In this document: one piece after another, positions 12,469-24,555 of the stretch | Layout of the letters: each line of letters opens with the position of its first letter | Numbering within the stretch: the first letter of the stretch is position 1 | From: Octopus vulgaris | Taxonomy: Eukaryota | NCBI GenBank assembly: GCA_951406725.2 | Contig: OX597825.1 | Coordinates: forward strand, 67,766,001-67,830,000 | Length of the DNA stretch: 64,000 bases | Reading direction: 5' to 3' | Notes under the pieces: model-generated | Seen by the model: only the letters and a program-made list of their open reading frames with translations | Databases searched by the model: none | Told to the model about the DNA's origin: nothing | Made by a program: the position numbers and the translations under genes

Positions 12469-13394
12469 CAATTTTAGATAGTTTTCTTACAAACTGATGA
12501 TGGGTAAACTAAGACTGTAAATAAATATATGTCTACATTCGCTTTTAAACAGAGCGTTGAACTGATATTTAAAACGCAAGTGAAATGTAAATATATTCTG
12601 AAGAGACGGTGTAAAAGAGTACACGAAATTATAAACCCAGATTGCATTGTTAGGGAAAATGGATAATAATTAAAACCGTTAATCGAAAACCATTTCCACT
12701 GAGAATATTGCCAGATCTTATATCTATTCTTTATAGTTAGTTGAAGTAAGTTCTCATTGAAAGGAAGTAATAAAATCTCTCCATCGCACATTGAACACAT
12801 GAACACTTTTGCTAGTCAATTACGTCATAGGGCAATAAACTAAAAACTCAACGGGCCCTGACCTTAGTCCTTTCAAATCTTCCGCATTCCTTTAAGTCGG
12901 TTATGTACATTTGATTTTATGCCGTGCGATAGGCTTTATTTGGAGATCGTGAACAGAGAGAGTTTGATGTCAATTATATTGTTACTATATGAATAAGAGT
13001 GCAGTACGTGCGGTTAATGGTCATATTGACCACTTCACAGCTAGTGATGCAGTTTTGACTGAAAAGAGGACAAGACAAATGCTGAGTCAAGAGCGATCAT
13101 ATTTTTAATTAAGTGAACATGGAAACGTACAGGGCAAGAATATGTGGAAACTAAAATATTGCCGCTGACGTCGTAATTTAATAAAAAATTGTTTTTAGTT
13201 TCCTTCAAATGTAAAAATATATTCCCTACTTTAGACCCTAACTCCTTCAATGAAGAAAATTCTCTATGGACCTTATTATATTTACTTTCTATAAAATAAA
13301 ATATGATGGTTGGTGGAAGAGGGCTGATGAAGATAGAGCCAGTCTTGCAAAATTTTGAAATTATAGCTTAGCGGGTATTTATTTTATTTTATGC

Positions 13395-13604
13395 GCGCGG
13401 TTTCAATGGCGTATGTGTTCCCCAGCTGGACGGCACGCTAGTCCATCGCAGCGTTATTCATATTTTTGCCAGCTGAGTGGACTGGAGCAACGTGAAATGA
13501 AGTGTTTTGCTCAAAAACACAACGCGTCGCCCAGTCCAGGTATCGAAACCACAATCTTACGATCATGGTGCTGACACCCTAACCACTAAGCCATGCGCCT
13601 CCAC
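13395..13604 (-). mobile_element. tRNA-derived SINE related to family C
   Basis: Minus strand GGAGGCGCATGGCTTAGTGGTTAGGGTG...GGTTTCGATACC head; shares the cgtcc...cagctggggaac block with family C. Confidence 0.75.
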
Positions 13605-13847
13605 TTAGCTGATATTTAGAATACAAAAAATATATGCTCATCTAGAGAGAAAGAGTGATTAAGATGCACGTTAAGTTGCCTGGTAAGAATCAAATTGGCA
13701 GGGGCATTTTGTCAGCTCAGAAATAATGAGATGAATAGCGTAATAGCCTTAGGATATCTACATTCGCCCACTAAAAAATGCAAATTTATATCCACTAGAG
13801 ACAAAGCTTACGAAGCCTGCACGATCTATAAGTCTAACACTCTTGAG

Positions 13848-14122
13848 TGGAGGCACATGGCCTAGTGGTTAGAGCAGCAGACTCTCGGTCAAGGGATCGC
13901 GGGTTCGAATCTTAGACCGGACTATTTGAGTGTTTATGAGCGAAACACCTAAGCTCCACGCGGCTCCGGACTCTTTCGCTACAACTTTCTCTCACTCTTT
14001 CCTCCTGCATCTTGCAGCTCACCTACGACGGACCGGCGTCCCGTCCAGCTGGAGAATCCTATACGCCAAAGAAACCGGGAAACCGGCCCTAATGAGCCAG
14101 ACGTGGCTCGAGAAGGAACAAA
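13848..14122 (+). mobile_element. SINE family C
   Basis: tRNA-like head; TSD aacactcttg at 13836 and 14123. Confidence 0.9.
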
Positions 14123-14619
14123 AACACTCTTGGACGCCTGATACTCAGAAACCCTTCCCCTTTTATAAAGCTTGACCAACAAATTTCTCTTTTGCTAATG
14201 GCACATTCAATTTATCTTTCTTAAACTAGGTATAAACCATTGGGCATGTTTTGAATCAAACACACATATGAGGGTGTGCTATTGGGGGAAAGGAAAAGGC
14301 TCTTCAGAATTAACCACAATACCATCAACTGCAGCCTAGTCTTCTCTTTAATTTTAGTTTCAATTGTTTTCTTTCGAAAAACCTGTTTAAAAGGCAAATT
14401 TCTTAACAACAAACTTCAGCTTCAGCTGCAATACTTTTACACTTTCACTTCTTGTCCTCTAGTTTTTCTAAGTTCAATTATGCGCTTGCATTTTCTTGCT
14501 AGCCCACTATTTTTGCAGACAAATCCATAATTGTTATTGAGACAAAACTCGAGAAATATAAAAGCTAAAAAATCTATTCTTTTCAAAGAGTTTTTACTGT
14601 AATCAAAACGTAAATTATG

Positions 14620-14972
14620 TTCTTTTCTACTTTAAGCACAAGGCCCGAAATTTCGGAGGAGGATAGACAGTCGATTAGATCGACCCCAGTACGCAACTGG
14701 TACTTAATTTATCGACCCCGAAAGGATGAAAGGCATAGTCGACCTCGGCGGAATTTGAACTCAGACCGTAACGGCAGACGAAATATCTGTTTCATTACTA
14801 CCCACAAGGGGCCAAACACAGAGAAGACAAACAAGGACAGACAAACGGATTAAGTCGATTATATCGACCCCAGTGCGTAACTGGTACTTAATTTTGAACT
14901 CAGAACGTAACGGCAGACGAAATACGGCTACGCATTTCGCCCGGCGTGCTAACGTTCTGCCAGCTCGCCGTC
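14620..14972 (-). mobile_element. SINE family B dimer with two different tails
   Basis: Head at 14970, unit with the ccccttgtggg tail, junction at ~14787, second unit with the alternative gggccttgtgc tail. Confidence 0.8.
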
Positions 14973-15619
14973 TTCTAAATTATATTAATTAACAAGTAGG
15001 TGAAGGGGGAAAATTGCAATAAAGCAGCAAGAAATTAATTAAATGGCGCCAGTCAGAAAGTTATACAGTAAATATGAGTCGACCTATTTGAGATAAATGG
15101 AGAATAATCACCTTCGCACGTGACATGCACGTGACACCACCATAACAAACCAAGCTTCAAATGGCCAGCTTAGTGATGCACTGAATATTATCCTGTGGAA
15201 CCTTCTGATGGTGCTTGTCGTCTCCTCTGCCCAATCCTTTGCTGACCTTACTGCTTCCAGAAATAATATTCAGTGTGATAGTACAAAAATGAAGACGAAA
15301 TAGCAGTTAACAGCCATGCAGAAAGAAAAAAAGTCCTAAAGTACAAATGGCCAAAACCAAAATCAATTTTTAAAAATAAATTTTTGATATTTTGTTTAAA
15401 AAAAGCATTTTGAAATTTTTTGTTCAACAAACATAAAAAAAAACAAGTAACCATTTTAAAACCTATTTTAATAAAAAATAAAGAAATACTTGCATTTGAT
15501 AAATTAGTCAACATTGTATTTTTATGTCGAGTTCCATTAATTTACCAAATTTTAACACATTTGATTAATTATTTCCTAATATAATTCGGTCTTAAATTTA
15601 GTGCTTAGCAATCAGATTT

Positions 15620-15869
15620 ATTTTATTCTTTTACTTGTTTCAGCCACTTGACTGCGGCCATGCTGGAGCATCACCTTCAAGGCTTTTGGTTGAACAAATC
15701 GATCCCCAGGACTTATTTCTTAAGCCTAGTACTTATTCTATCAATCACTTTTGCCGAACCGCTAAGTTACGGTTGGGTAAACACGCCAACACCGGTTTGC
15801 CAAGCGTTGATAGTGGGTGACAAACACAGACACAAAGACGCACACACATAGATGTATACACACACGCAT

Positions 15870-15918
<49 letters not shown>

Positions 15919-16205
15919 GGGGATATGATTCCAAACTTACATGGAAAATTTCAATTTAGTAATACTAAATCAAATTTCACAATATATAATATATGTATAT
16001 AAATTAGAGAAGAACCACCATATAGCAATTCAACAGTGATATAATTTATATACTATTTATATAATATATACTATTTATCTATTATTTTGTACTTTACTTA
16101 ATTATAGGTATATGTTTCATCGTATATTTATTTTTTTTCTATATGGTATGATTTAATTATATCATTTTTGAATTGCTACATGGTGGTTCTCCTCTAATTT
16201 ATATT

Positions 16206-16250
<45 letters not shown>

Positions 16251-16400
16251 GACTAGCGTCTTTCATTTTCTGTCTACTAAATCCATTAACAAAGCTTTGG
16301 TCGACTGGAGGCTATAGTAGAAGATACTTTCCCAAGGTGTCATGCAGTGGGACTGAAGCCCTGAACCATGTGGTTCGGAAGCAAGCTTCTTACCGCAGCC
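15620..16400 (-). mobile_element. SINE family A split by an insertion in its internal microsatellite
   Basis: 3' half at ~15620-15880, 5' half at ~16250-16400, separated by a fold-back element. Confidence 0.75.
15912..16212. mobile_element. Short fold-back element in (TA)n
   Basis: Inverted arms ~15991-16045 and ~16156-16212 (aaattagagaagaaccaccatatagcaattcaa / ttgaattgctacatggtggttctcctctaattt), with extra sequence outside the left arm only. Confidence 0.65.
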
Positions 16401-16944
16401 ATATTTTGTTTGGGTTATTTTATTACCGTTTTGACTTAAATATTTAGCGATATTTCTTCTGACTTTATGTTGTGAGTTCAAATTTTGTCGTTCATCCTTC
16501 CGGGGCCGATAAAATAAGAACTAGTTGAGCATGGAGTCGATGTAATCAACAATTCTTCTCCCCTAAAACTGCTGGCTTTGTGCCAAAAATTGAAACGATT
16601 ATTACTCATGTCGCCGAAGAATAAGTCTTGTAATTTCAATTTACCATAATCGTGACAGTAACTTCTGCCAACTCACTTTCAAATTTATTTTAAAATTCAT
16701 TTAAGCATTACTGTGTAAAAATAGATTTCATTGATTTGTGCGAGAGCAGGAAATCATTTTACATGATAAATGTGAACGCTTAGCATAAATATAATTTGCC
16801 AATATTTTAATGCAGACATAAATAATTTTAATAAAATCTTTACTTGGTAAAAACTGGAGGTCGCAGAATGCAAACCTGGTAATTTGTTACAGATTTCTGT
16901 GAAAGCCATCTGATATGTAATCAGACAAACAGACGAATTATATT

Positions 16945-17135
16945 GGCTTTAAATTTTGAGACAAGGTCAGCAATATTGGGAACGGGTAAGTCGATTACAA
17001 CTGGTACTTATTTTATCAATCTTGAAAGGATGAAAGGCATAGTCAGCATCGGCAGAATTTGAACTTAGAACATACAGTCGGACGAAATGCCGATAAGCAT
17101 TTTGCCCGGCGTGCTAACGACTCTACCAGTTCCCT
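16945..17135 (-). mobile_element. Older SINE family B copy
   Basis: ctggtacttattttatc...gaaaggatgaaaggca...gaatttgaact...cccggcgtgctaacg. Confidence 0.8.
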
Positions 17136-17176
17136 TTATTGTAGATGAATTATATTAACAAAGAGAAGTTTTAAAT

Positions 17177-17450
17177 ACATTATTTATATTTGACGGATAT
17201 TTGTCCTCATCTTGTTTGTTGTTAACACAACGTTTCGTCTGATATACCCTCCAGGCCTTCGAACTTTTTCGATGTTGTTGTTATTATTATTATCATTGTT
17301 GTTGTTGTTGTTCAAGTCACTGCCTTGAATCGAACTCGGAATCTTGGGGTTAGGAGCCCGAGCTCTTAACCACTACGCCATATGCCGTAGTGGTTAAGAG
17401 TGCGGGCTCCTAACCCCAAGATTGCGAGTTCGATTCCAGGCAGTGACCTG

Positions 17451-17483
<33 letters not shown>

Positions 17484-17654
17484 CGAAAATGCCTTAGGAA
17501 TGAGAACCCATATTCGAAATTTCCCCAAGACACTTGATGAAGGCTCGAGGGTATATCAACCGAAACGTTGTGTTAACAACAAACAAGACGAGGACAAATA
17601 TCCATCAAATATAAATAGTGTACATAATTCCTCATCTCTTAAATATAGAACTGT
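17177..17654. mobile_element. Head-to-head fold-back element: tRNA-like head + (AAT/AAC)n + HHR-bearing PLE-type tail, with 13-bp TSD
   Basis: Both arms read outward from CATATG (17379-17384): TGGCGTAGTGG A-box, GAGTTCGATTC B-box, (AAT)n, then the HHR-like tail. TSD agaagttttaaat at 17164-17176 and 17655-17667. Confidence 0.85.
17529..17574 (+). ncRNA. Minimal hammerhead-like motif
   Basis: GACAC TTGATGA A GGCTCGAGGGTATATCAACC GAAAC GTT GTGTT: stem I GACAC/GTGTT, palindromic stem III AACGTT. Position 3 is U rather than C, probably a mutation. The left-arm copy has lost the CUGAUGA box. Confidence 0.6.
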
Positions 17655-19028
17655 AGAAGTTTTAAATGTTGAATCTTGTAATTAGTAAACTTGGAGCGAC
17701 TGATAAACAGCCTTAGATTAAATTGATAGTGTATATATCATTTTTAATGCGTATACAAACGTAGCTGTAATATATTTTACTCAGATAAACCTCTTAGAGA
17801 GATTTATATGTTGAAAACTCAAGGCTTCACTCAGGACGCAGGAAGTGAATCGCTAGACACAGTGTGTCTTTCGAAACGAAAAATTGCGTGCAGGTACATA
17901 AAGCGAACATAAAATGTCTGAATTCGCTAAGATTCGATCGCATGCCTTATTTTCGCGCACTCTGCTCTAATTACTGCAGTAATATGACAACAATGTACTT
18001 TTCTACGTTTAACACTTACGCTCACAAAGCACAGACCGAAAATCGTAATTGTTTATACTCTTACTCAAAGATAGATTTCGTATATCATTTTTATTTTTCT
18101 CATTCAGTATGTTTATACTGTTGGGCCAGGATCAAGTTTCAATGATGAAATCTTTTAGTAGCGATCATCAACAAATTCTTTCGTATCATATTTAAAGAAC
18201 CAAAATCTGGAGGTTTTACCGTCTATACTTTTAACACTGAATGTTTAAATGCGATTTCTTAAGTAAATTGGGGCTGAATGTAAATATGTGTCTGGGCTAT
18301 TTGAAACGTTGATAACATAGAAGAGAGTCGCCAGGAAGCATTAGTGTTATCTTATCAGTTATCAACTTCAAGTAAAAAACATGTTAATCACTCTGAAAAA
18401 ATCAGTGTTTAACACTGCTTCAAACAAGCCAACTGTTTGGATTTTTTTTTGTCCGTTTTCCTTTTTAATCTTTGTATCCACCATTAAGAAATTAAGTGTT
18501 TAATGGGGGATGTTAGTAAATCTGTGTTAAGGTATAAAGTCTAAAGTAATAGTTATAATGTTCTAATTAGACATGTGTATACACAACGATACACGCCTGA
18601 AGTGGGTGTACATGGCTCTTTAGTACACAAAGTGTGTATGACACTTTTTTCGTAGATGTGGTTGTATGTATGTGTTCAACGTAGAAACCTCAAACGGAGA
18701 ATCCCTTAATTTTATAAATTTTCCCTTTATCCTTAATATGTGGAGAAAACGGATCAGTTTACTTTGTTATTTTTTGTGTGTATTAGAACCTCGGCGTTTC
18801 TATACTTTTATGCAAATATGCTATTACGTAGCCCGGTTTACCTTTGATAACAGGTACAAATGAAAATCTAAATGCTGGGTATAAGAGCTGTAAGATTCTC
18901 ATTCATTTTCCATAGATGCTCTCCATTTCCTCAAATTTTAACGGTAAAGTCACATTCGCAGGCAGTTCATCTCTACAACAAGGCATGTGATTTGTTCCTT
19001 GTACCATACAATGGTATGTAACAAAATA

Positions 19029-19260
19029 AGGTGGCGAGCTGGCAGAATCGTTAGCACGCCGGGCGAAATGCTTAGCGGTATTTCGTCTGCCGCTACGTTG
19101 TAAGTTCAAATTCCGCCGAGGTCGACTTTGCCTTTCATCCTTTCGGGGTAGATAAATTAAGTACCAGTTACGCACTGGGGGCAATGTAATCGACTTAATA
19201 CCTATATCTGTCTTTGTTTGTCTCCTCTATATTTAGCCCCTTGCTGGCAATAAAGAAATA
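19029..19260 (+). mobile_element. SINE family B monomer
   Basis: Full head and tail; 16-bp TSD ggtatgta(a/g)caaaata at 19013 and 19261. Confidence 0.92.
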
Positions 19261-19582
19261 GGTATGTAGCAAAATATGCGTATACAAGTTTTCTGTTTTT
19301 ACTGGAATGCTCCACCAGTATTCTTTATTTTTATGGGTGCGGATGCATTCTGGTGCTGGTGTACTTTTGGTATAGCTATTAGGACAATCTTTCCGGCGAA
19401 TGGCATTGTAGATAGTTTAGCCAACAATACCATGTCTCATGGGGAGGTAGTATTTTACGAACATTTTGGATAGCTACTGATAATCTATATGATGTCTGGC
19501 ACAATCGATGTTTTCTGTTACGATATAGAATTCTAGAGTCATCCATATCTCCCTCGTTGTCCAAATATTTAGTAGACATCTG

Positions 19583-20022
19583 GGATATTTTTGGTTTGAA
19601 CGGCAGTTTTTAACATAATTTCTGGGTAACTGAAAAATTTTAAACTTCGTATACTGGTAGAATGTGTTTATAAAACATCTTTTTCTCTTGGCTTTATTGA
19701 GAAAATTCTATAGTTTGTAAGATATTTGTTGTTTCTTTTTCTTCAATTTCTACAATTTCAACCAATCACTGACACTATTGAGGTAAAAAAAAACGTTCTG
19801 TGCCGTATGAATATGTCCCTCGTTTAAGAAACATATTGGGTTTATTTATATTTGTGAAGGAAAAAAGATACCCTTCCCCCTAACCCTAACTAGCCCTAAC
19901 CCTAACTAGCCCTAACCCTAAAATGGATTGGAATGCAATAGATCGATACTAGGGTCATAATTATGGGTGACAATTTCATATGACACCGCTAGAAAAAACA
20001 GCCGTTCAAACCGAAAAGATCC
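19583..20022. mobile_element. Non-autonomous DNA transposon (MITE) with 8-bp TSD and internal (CCCTAA)n
   Basis: ~29-bp TIRs GGATATTTTTGGTTTGAACGGCAGTTTTT / AAAAACAGCCGTTCAAACCGAAAAGATCC; TSD gacatctg at 19575-19582 and 20023-20030. GG ends plus an 8-bp TSD are compatible with Merlin (inference). Confidence 0.9.
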
Positions 20023-20233
20023 GACATCTGTTCTTGGATAACAATGGCACAGCCTTCCATGTGCAATGTGATATATTTATCGCAAATTCAAGACAGCTTA
20101 CTATTCCTGTCAATGATGTTGGTAATCTCTCACGTGTACTCATGCATAACTTTCTGCTGACAGGATGAGTAGACTGCAAATAATTTATCACAAACTCGCA
20201 TCCATCGTCCGTGAATCTATTATTCGCTTTGCG

Positions 20234-20625
20234 TGGAGGCGCAATGACCCAGTGGTTAGGGAAGCGGACTCGCGGTCATAGGATCGCGGTTTCGATTCCC
20301 AGACCGGGCGTTGTGAGTGTTTATTGAGCGAAAACACCTAAAAAGCTCCACGAGGCTCCGGCAGGGGATGGTGGTGATCCCTGCTGTACTCTTTCACCAC
20401 AACTTTCTCTCACTCTTACTTCCTGTTTCTGTTGTACCTGTATTTCAAAAGGCCGGCCTTGTCACTCTCTGTGTCACGCTGAATATCCCCGAGAACTACG
20501 TTAAAGGTGCACGTGTCTGTGGAGTGCTCAGCCACTTACACGTTAATTTCACGAGCAGGCTGTTCCGTTGATTCGGATCAACCGGAACCCTCATCGTCGT
20601 AACCGACGGAGTGCTTCCTATATCC
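20234..20625 (+). mobile_element. SINE family C, long-tail variant
   Basis: tRNA-like head; tail ...gtcgtaaccgacggagtgcttcc; TSD tattcgctttgc at 20221 and 20626. Confidence 0.92.
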
Positions 20626-20874
20626 TATTCGCTTTGCACTGGATTATATTATCTAACTGCCCAATATATTTTTTTTTCTGAGTCTACAGACATTTGTCTG
20701 GTGATCGATCATTTTGTTTGTGTCTTCTGCTTACGATTGATTTCTGCTGCTCTCGTTTGTTAACAGCACAGTATTGTAAGGCACTCGATATCCAAATAGT
20801 GGAATTTTTGACCAGTGGTAAGTGTTCCATACAGACGATAATAGATACTATCAATTGTTCATTCATGTAATTAT

Positions 20875-21247
20875 GAGTGGCTGTGTGGTAAGTAGTTTGC
20901 TTACCAACCACATGGTTCCGGGTTCAGTCCCACTGCGTGGCACCTTGGGCAAATGTCTTCTACTATAGCCTCGGGCCGACCAAAACCTTGTGAGTGGATT
21001 TAGTAGAAGGAAACTGGAAGAAGCCCGTCGTATATGTATATGTATTTGTGTGTGTGTATGTTTGTTCCTCCAGCATCGCTTGACAACCGATTCTGGTGTG
21101 TTTACGTCCGCGTAACTTAGCGGTTTGGCAAAAGAGGCCGATAGAATAAGTACTAGGCTTACAAAGAATATGCTCTGGGGTCGATTTGCTCCACTATAAA
21201 GGCGCTGCTCTAGCATGGCCGCAGTCAAATGACTGAAACAAGTAAAA
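20875..21247 (+). mobile_element. SINE family A
   Basis: Matches the copy at 6527 over its length. Confidence 0.9.
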
Positions 21248-21713
21248 TAGTATGCTTTGAATTGAATATATTGCAAATTGGTGACATGCACGTCTCTGTT
21301 TCTTTTTTTCTTTTGTTATTTTTGTTATTGCTAACCCACCAATCCTAGTTCGTGTTGTTTACGGTTTTCTGAGGAGAAAAAAAAACACTGGTTTCTTCTG
21401 ACTTTCATTGAATGGTCCATTTGAATGGTTTAAAACGAACAGGACATCACCTGGAGAGAACTGATAGTCTGTTATATACATATTATTCTTTCTATGTACA
21501 GACAGAATGCGTTGTGATATTTCTTCTACTTCGCTATGTCCTCAATTCATATCTCTCCGAAATTAACTCTGTATTTCGTCCTTCCAGGGTCAAAAAATAA
21601 AATACCATCTGAATACAGACGAAGACCCTCTCTCCCTCTAAATGTCACATATTTGGATCTTGTACTGGTTGAAGAAAAGGTTGTCTGTGTTGTTCACAAC
21701 TGTCTATACATAA

Positions 21714-21747
<34 letters not shown>

Positions 21748-21769
21748 ATGGACACGTATTTATATAAAC

Positions 21770-22172
21770 TTATTTCTTTATTGCCCTCAAGGGGCTAAAC
21801 ACAGAGGGGACGAACAATGACAGACATAGGTATTAAGTCGATTACATCGACTCCAGTGCGTAACTGGTACTTAATTTATCGACCCCGAAAGGATGAAAGG
21901 CAAAATTTGAACTCAGAACGTAACGGCAGACGAAATACCTATTTCTTTACTACCCATAAGGGGCTAAACACAGAGAGGACAAACAAGGACAGACAAACGG
22001 ATTAAGTTGATTATATCGACCCCAGTGCGTAACTGGTACTTATTTAATCGACCTCGAAAGGATGAAAGGCAAAGTCGACCTCGGCGGAATTTGAACTCAG
22101 GAATGTAAAGACAGACGAAATACCAGCTAAGCATTTCGCCCGGCGTACTAACGTTTCTGCCAGCTCGCCGCC
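21770..22172 (-). mobile_element. SINE family B dimer
   Basis: Head at 22172, junction gacgaaatacc|tatttc at ~21940; flanking repeat acacgtattta(t). Confidence 0.88.
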
Positions 22173-22199
22173 TTACACGTATTTATATAACGATCCATT

Positions 22200-22970
22200 C
22201 ACTGGACTGTGGACATCCCGGGGCATTGTGTTGAAGGATTTAGTCGAAAAAAATCAACATTAGAACCTATTTTCTTTTTAAAAGTCTGATATTTATTCTA
22301 TCACTCTGTCTTGTCGATCCGCTAGGTTACGGGGACATAAACAAGCCACTACCGGTTTTCAAGCGAAGGGTGGAAAACAAACACAAAGACACACATACAC
22401 ATACATACATACACAGACACACATACACGTGTGTATATATATTTGTGTGTGTGTGTGCGTGTGTGGAGAAGCAATGGCCCAGCGGACTCGTGATCGTAGA
22501 ATTGAGGTTTCGATTCCCAGACCGGGCGCTGTGAGTGTTTATTGAGCGAAAACACCTAAAAACTCCACGAGGCTCCGGCAGGGGGTGGTGGCGATCCCTG
22601 CTGTACTCTTTCGCCCCAACTTTCTCGCACCCTTCCTTCTGTTGGTCTGCTCGCTTAGCCAGTGGGGTGGCATCATTTAAGGGCTGAAACAATGCAAAGC
22701 GCATTGTGACCAACGATGTGTAACAACATCTGAGAGCCTCGTCGGTCACAGTGATCACGGTGAGATATATGTGATATGTGTGTGTGTGTGTGTGTGTGTA
22801 GCTATAGGTACAGGTTTAGAGATATCTTCATCAACTAAATTCACTGGCAAGGCTTTGGTCGGTCCGAAGCTATAACAGAAAACACTTGGCCAAGGTGTTG
22901 CGCATTTGAGCTGAACCCGAAATAATGTGGCTGAGTAGCAAGCACCCGACTACACTGTCATGCCTGCGCT
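22200..22970 (-). mobile_element. Old SINE family A with a nested family C copy (~22465-22762, + strand, third tail type)
   Basis: Family A halves flank a (TG)n tract that contains a family C head and a different tail (ttagccagtggggtggcatc...gtgatcacggtga). Confidence 0.75.
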
Positions 22971-23099
22971 TATAGCCAGAAAGAGGGAGAAGGGGGAGAG
23001 ATCGGGAAAGAGATACAGAGAGAAAGAGAAAGAGAGAGTACCACACAAGCATATATAAATGTTCTCTTCTTACGAGACCGTTGGCCGACTGCTAGCCCT

Positions 23100-23515
23100 T
23101 TTGCGTTGGACCACGGTCACGGTCACATCGATTTTTCCCTGTGCCATAAGGCTTAATTCCCAACACGCCAGCTAAATTCAATTTGTCTCCAGTCGAAAGA
23201 CGCCTATTGTTATGTCCTGTTATTATTATTGTTGGGTTTTTTTGTATTATTTATGTATTTATATTCGTCTAACGTCGTCCGTTTTTCCGTCCTTGTTTCG
23301 TATACATTCGATCCTTTTTCCAAGGAATCTAATGCTCTTAGCTTAGTTTTTCCTTGGGGCTGGCCAGATTGGCGCAATCTTAAGATTAATTAGCCGAAAT
23401 TGCGAGGATGATCCGGTCCTTGACTGGAGATTAAAGGATTCGAATGACCCGTCCGTGTTTTTTGTATCGTCTATCTGGATGTTTTGCGTTCTTGTCCCAT
23501 TTTGTATTTTTATTG
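23100..23515 (+). mobile_element. Unclassified dispersed repeat, family X
   Basis: ccaaggaatctaatgctcttagcttagtttttccttggggctggccagattgg...ttcgaatgacccgtc...gttcttgtcccattttgta is also at 31207-31490 (+) and 61838-62290 (-). Confidence 0.8.
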
Positions 23516-24262
23516 TATGTATGTTGGTACATATGCGCGTGTTTGTATAAAAGGTAGTCATCTGACAGAGTCGTTAGTGTCCAATAGAATACATTGCTAC
23601 GTTTGTTTCAGCTCTCTTCGTTCCGAGATCTAATCCCGTCGGCGTCAAACTATATTTTCTTCCTTTCGGAGTCAATATATAGAGTACTAGCCCAGTATTG
23701 GTGCAACCGTTTCTCAAGAATAATTTTAATGCTTGCTCATAGCAAGGCATATACCTTATTTTCTAATGAATAGAGAGAAATCGTAGAAATATAAGCTGCA
23801 AATCTAACATCCAATTTACCTGTTAATGCAAGAATACAAATTCAAATAGAATTAAGGTATCTAATATATTGGGTTTCCGTTATTCCGATACCCAGCAAAT
23901 TGGAGCATTTCAACAAAATGCTTTCTTTGAATTGAATTTGGCATTTCTGTATATCACAAAAGACGATGTTGTGCGTTGTGTTGTTTCCTTGAATATTACA
24001 CTAGACGAGGAAAGATATTTTACTATGGAACAATCGGCGAAGCCTCGTACTCAAAAATCGTTCGTTTGTTAATTAGCTTAATTAGATTTAATTAATGTTC
24101 CTTTATAGCAATTCTTTTGCTTTGATTATTCACCTAAAATCGAATATCACATGACATATACGTGGGTGTGTGTGTGTGTCTGTCTGGCTGTGTTTGTTTG
24201 TGCGGGGACGATTTCAATTACCTGACTTACAACCGATATTTAGAACTCTACGTGGATCCTTG

Positions 24263-24555
24263 TGGAGGCGCAAAGGCCCAGTGGTTCGGGCAGCGGACTC
24301 ACGGTCGGAGGATCGCGGTTTCGATTCTCAGACCGGGCGTTGTGTGTGTTTATTGAGCGAAAATACCTAAAGCTCCACAAGGATCCGGCAGGGGGTGGTG
24401 GCGACCCCTGCTGTACTCTTTCGCCCCAACTTTCTCAGTAACGCTGCGATGGACCTGCGTCCCGTCCAGCTGGAGTGGGGAAAACATACACCACAGAAAC
24501 CGGGAAACCGGTCCCATGAGCCTGGCTAGGCTTGAAAAGGGCTAAAGAAAAGAAG
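24263..24555 (+). mobile_element. SINE family C
   Basis: tRNA-like head plus ggaaaccgg...atgagcctggctaggcttgaaaaggg tail. Confidence 0.88.

Larger units (their letters stand above)
18700..21450 (-). pseudogene. Degraded RLE-type (R4/Dong-like) non-LTR retrotransposon carrying four younger insertions
   Basis: Minus-strand pieces in order: IQEQMSTKYL...RKHRLC, YYLPMRHGIVG, EYWWSIPVKT, VWYKEQITCLVVEMNC, ANVTLPLKFEEMESIYGK, LQLLYPAFRFSFVPVIKG. These match the CCHC-knuckle and PD-(D/E)xK endonuclease region. The upstream boundary is uncertain. Confidence 0.75.

Noticed and set aside
13848-13920. Apparent tRNA genes at SINE C heads and at 17379
   Set aside because: They run on into SINE bodies or tails with TSDs and lack a proper acceptor stem and terminator; tRNA-derived, not tRNA genes.
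19878-19921. Telomere or chromosome-fusion scar
   Set aside because: Short, interrupted and internal to a TIR element.
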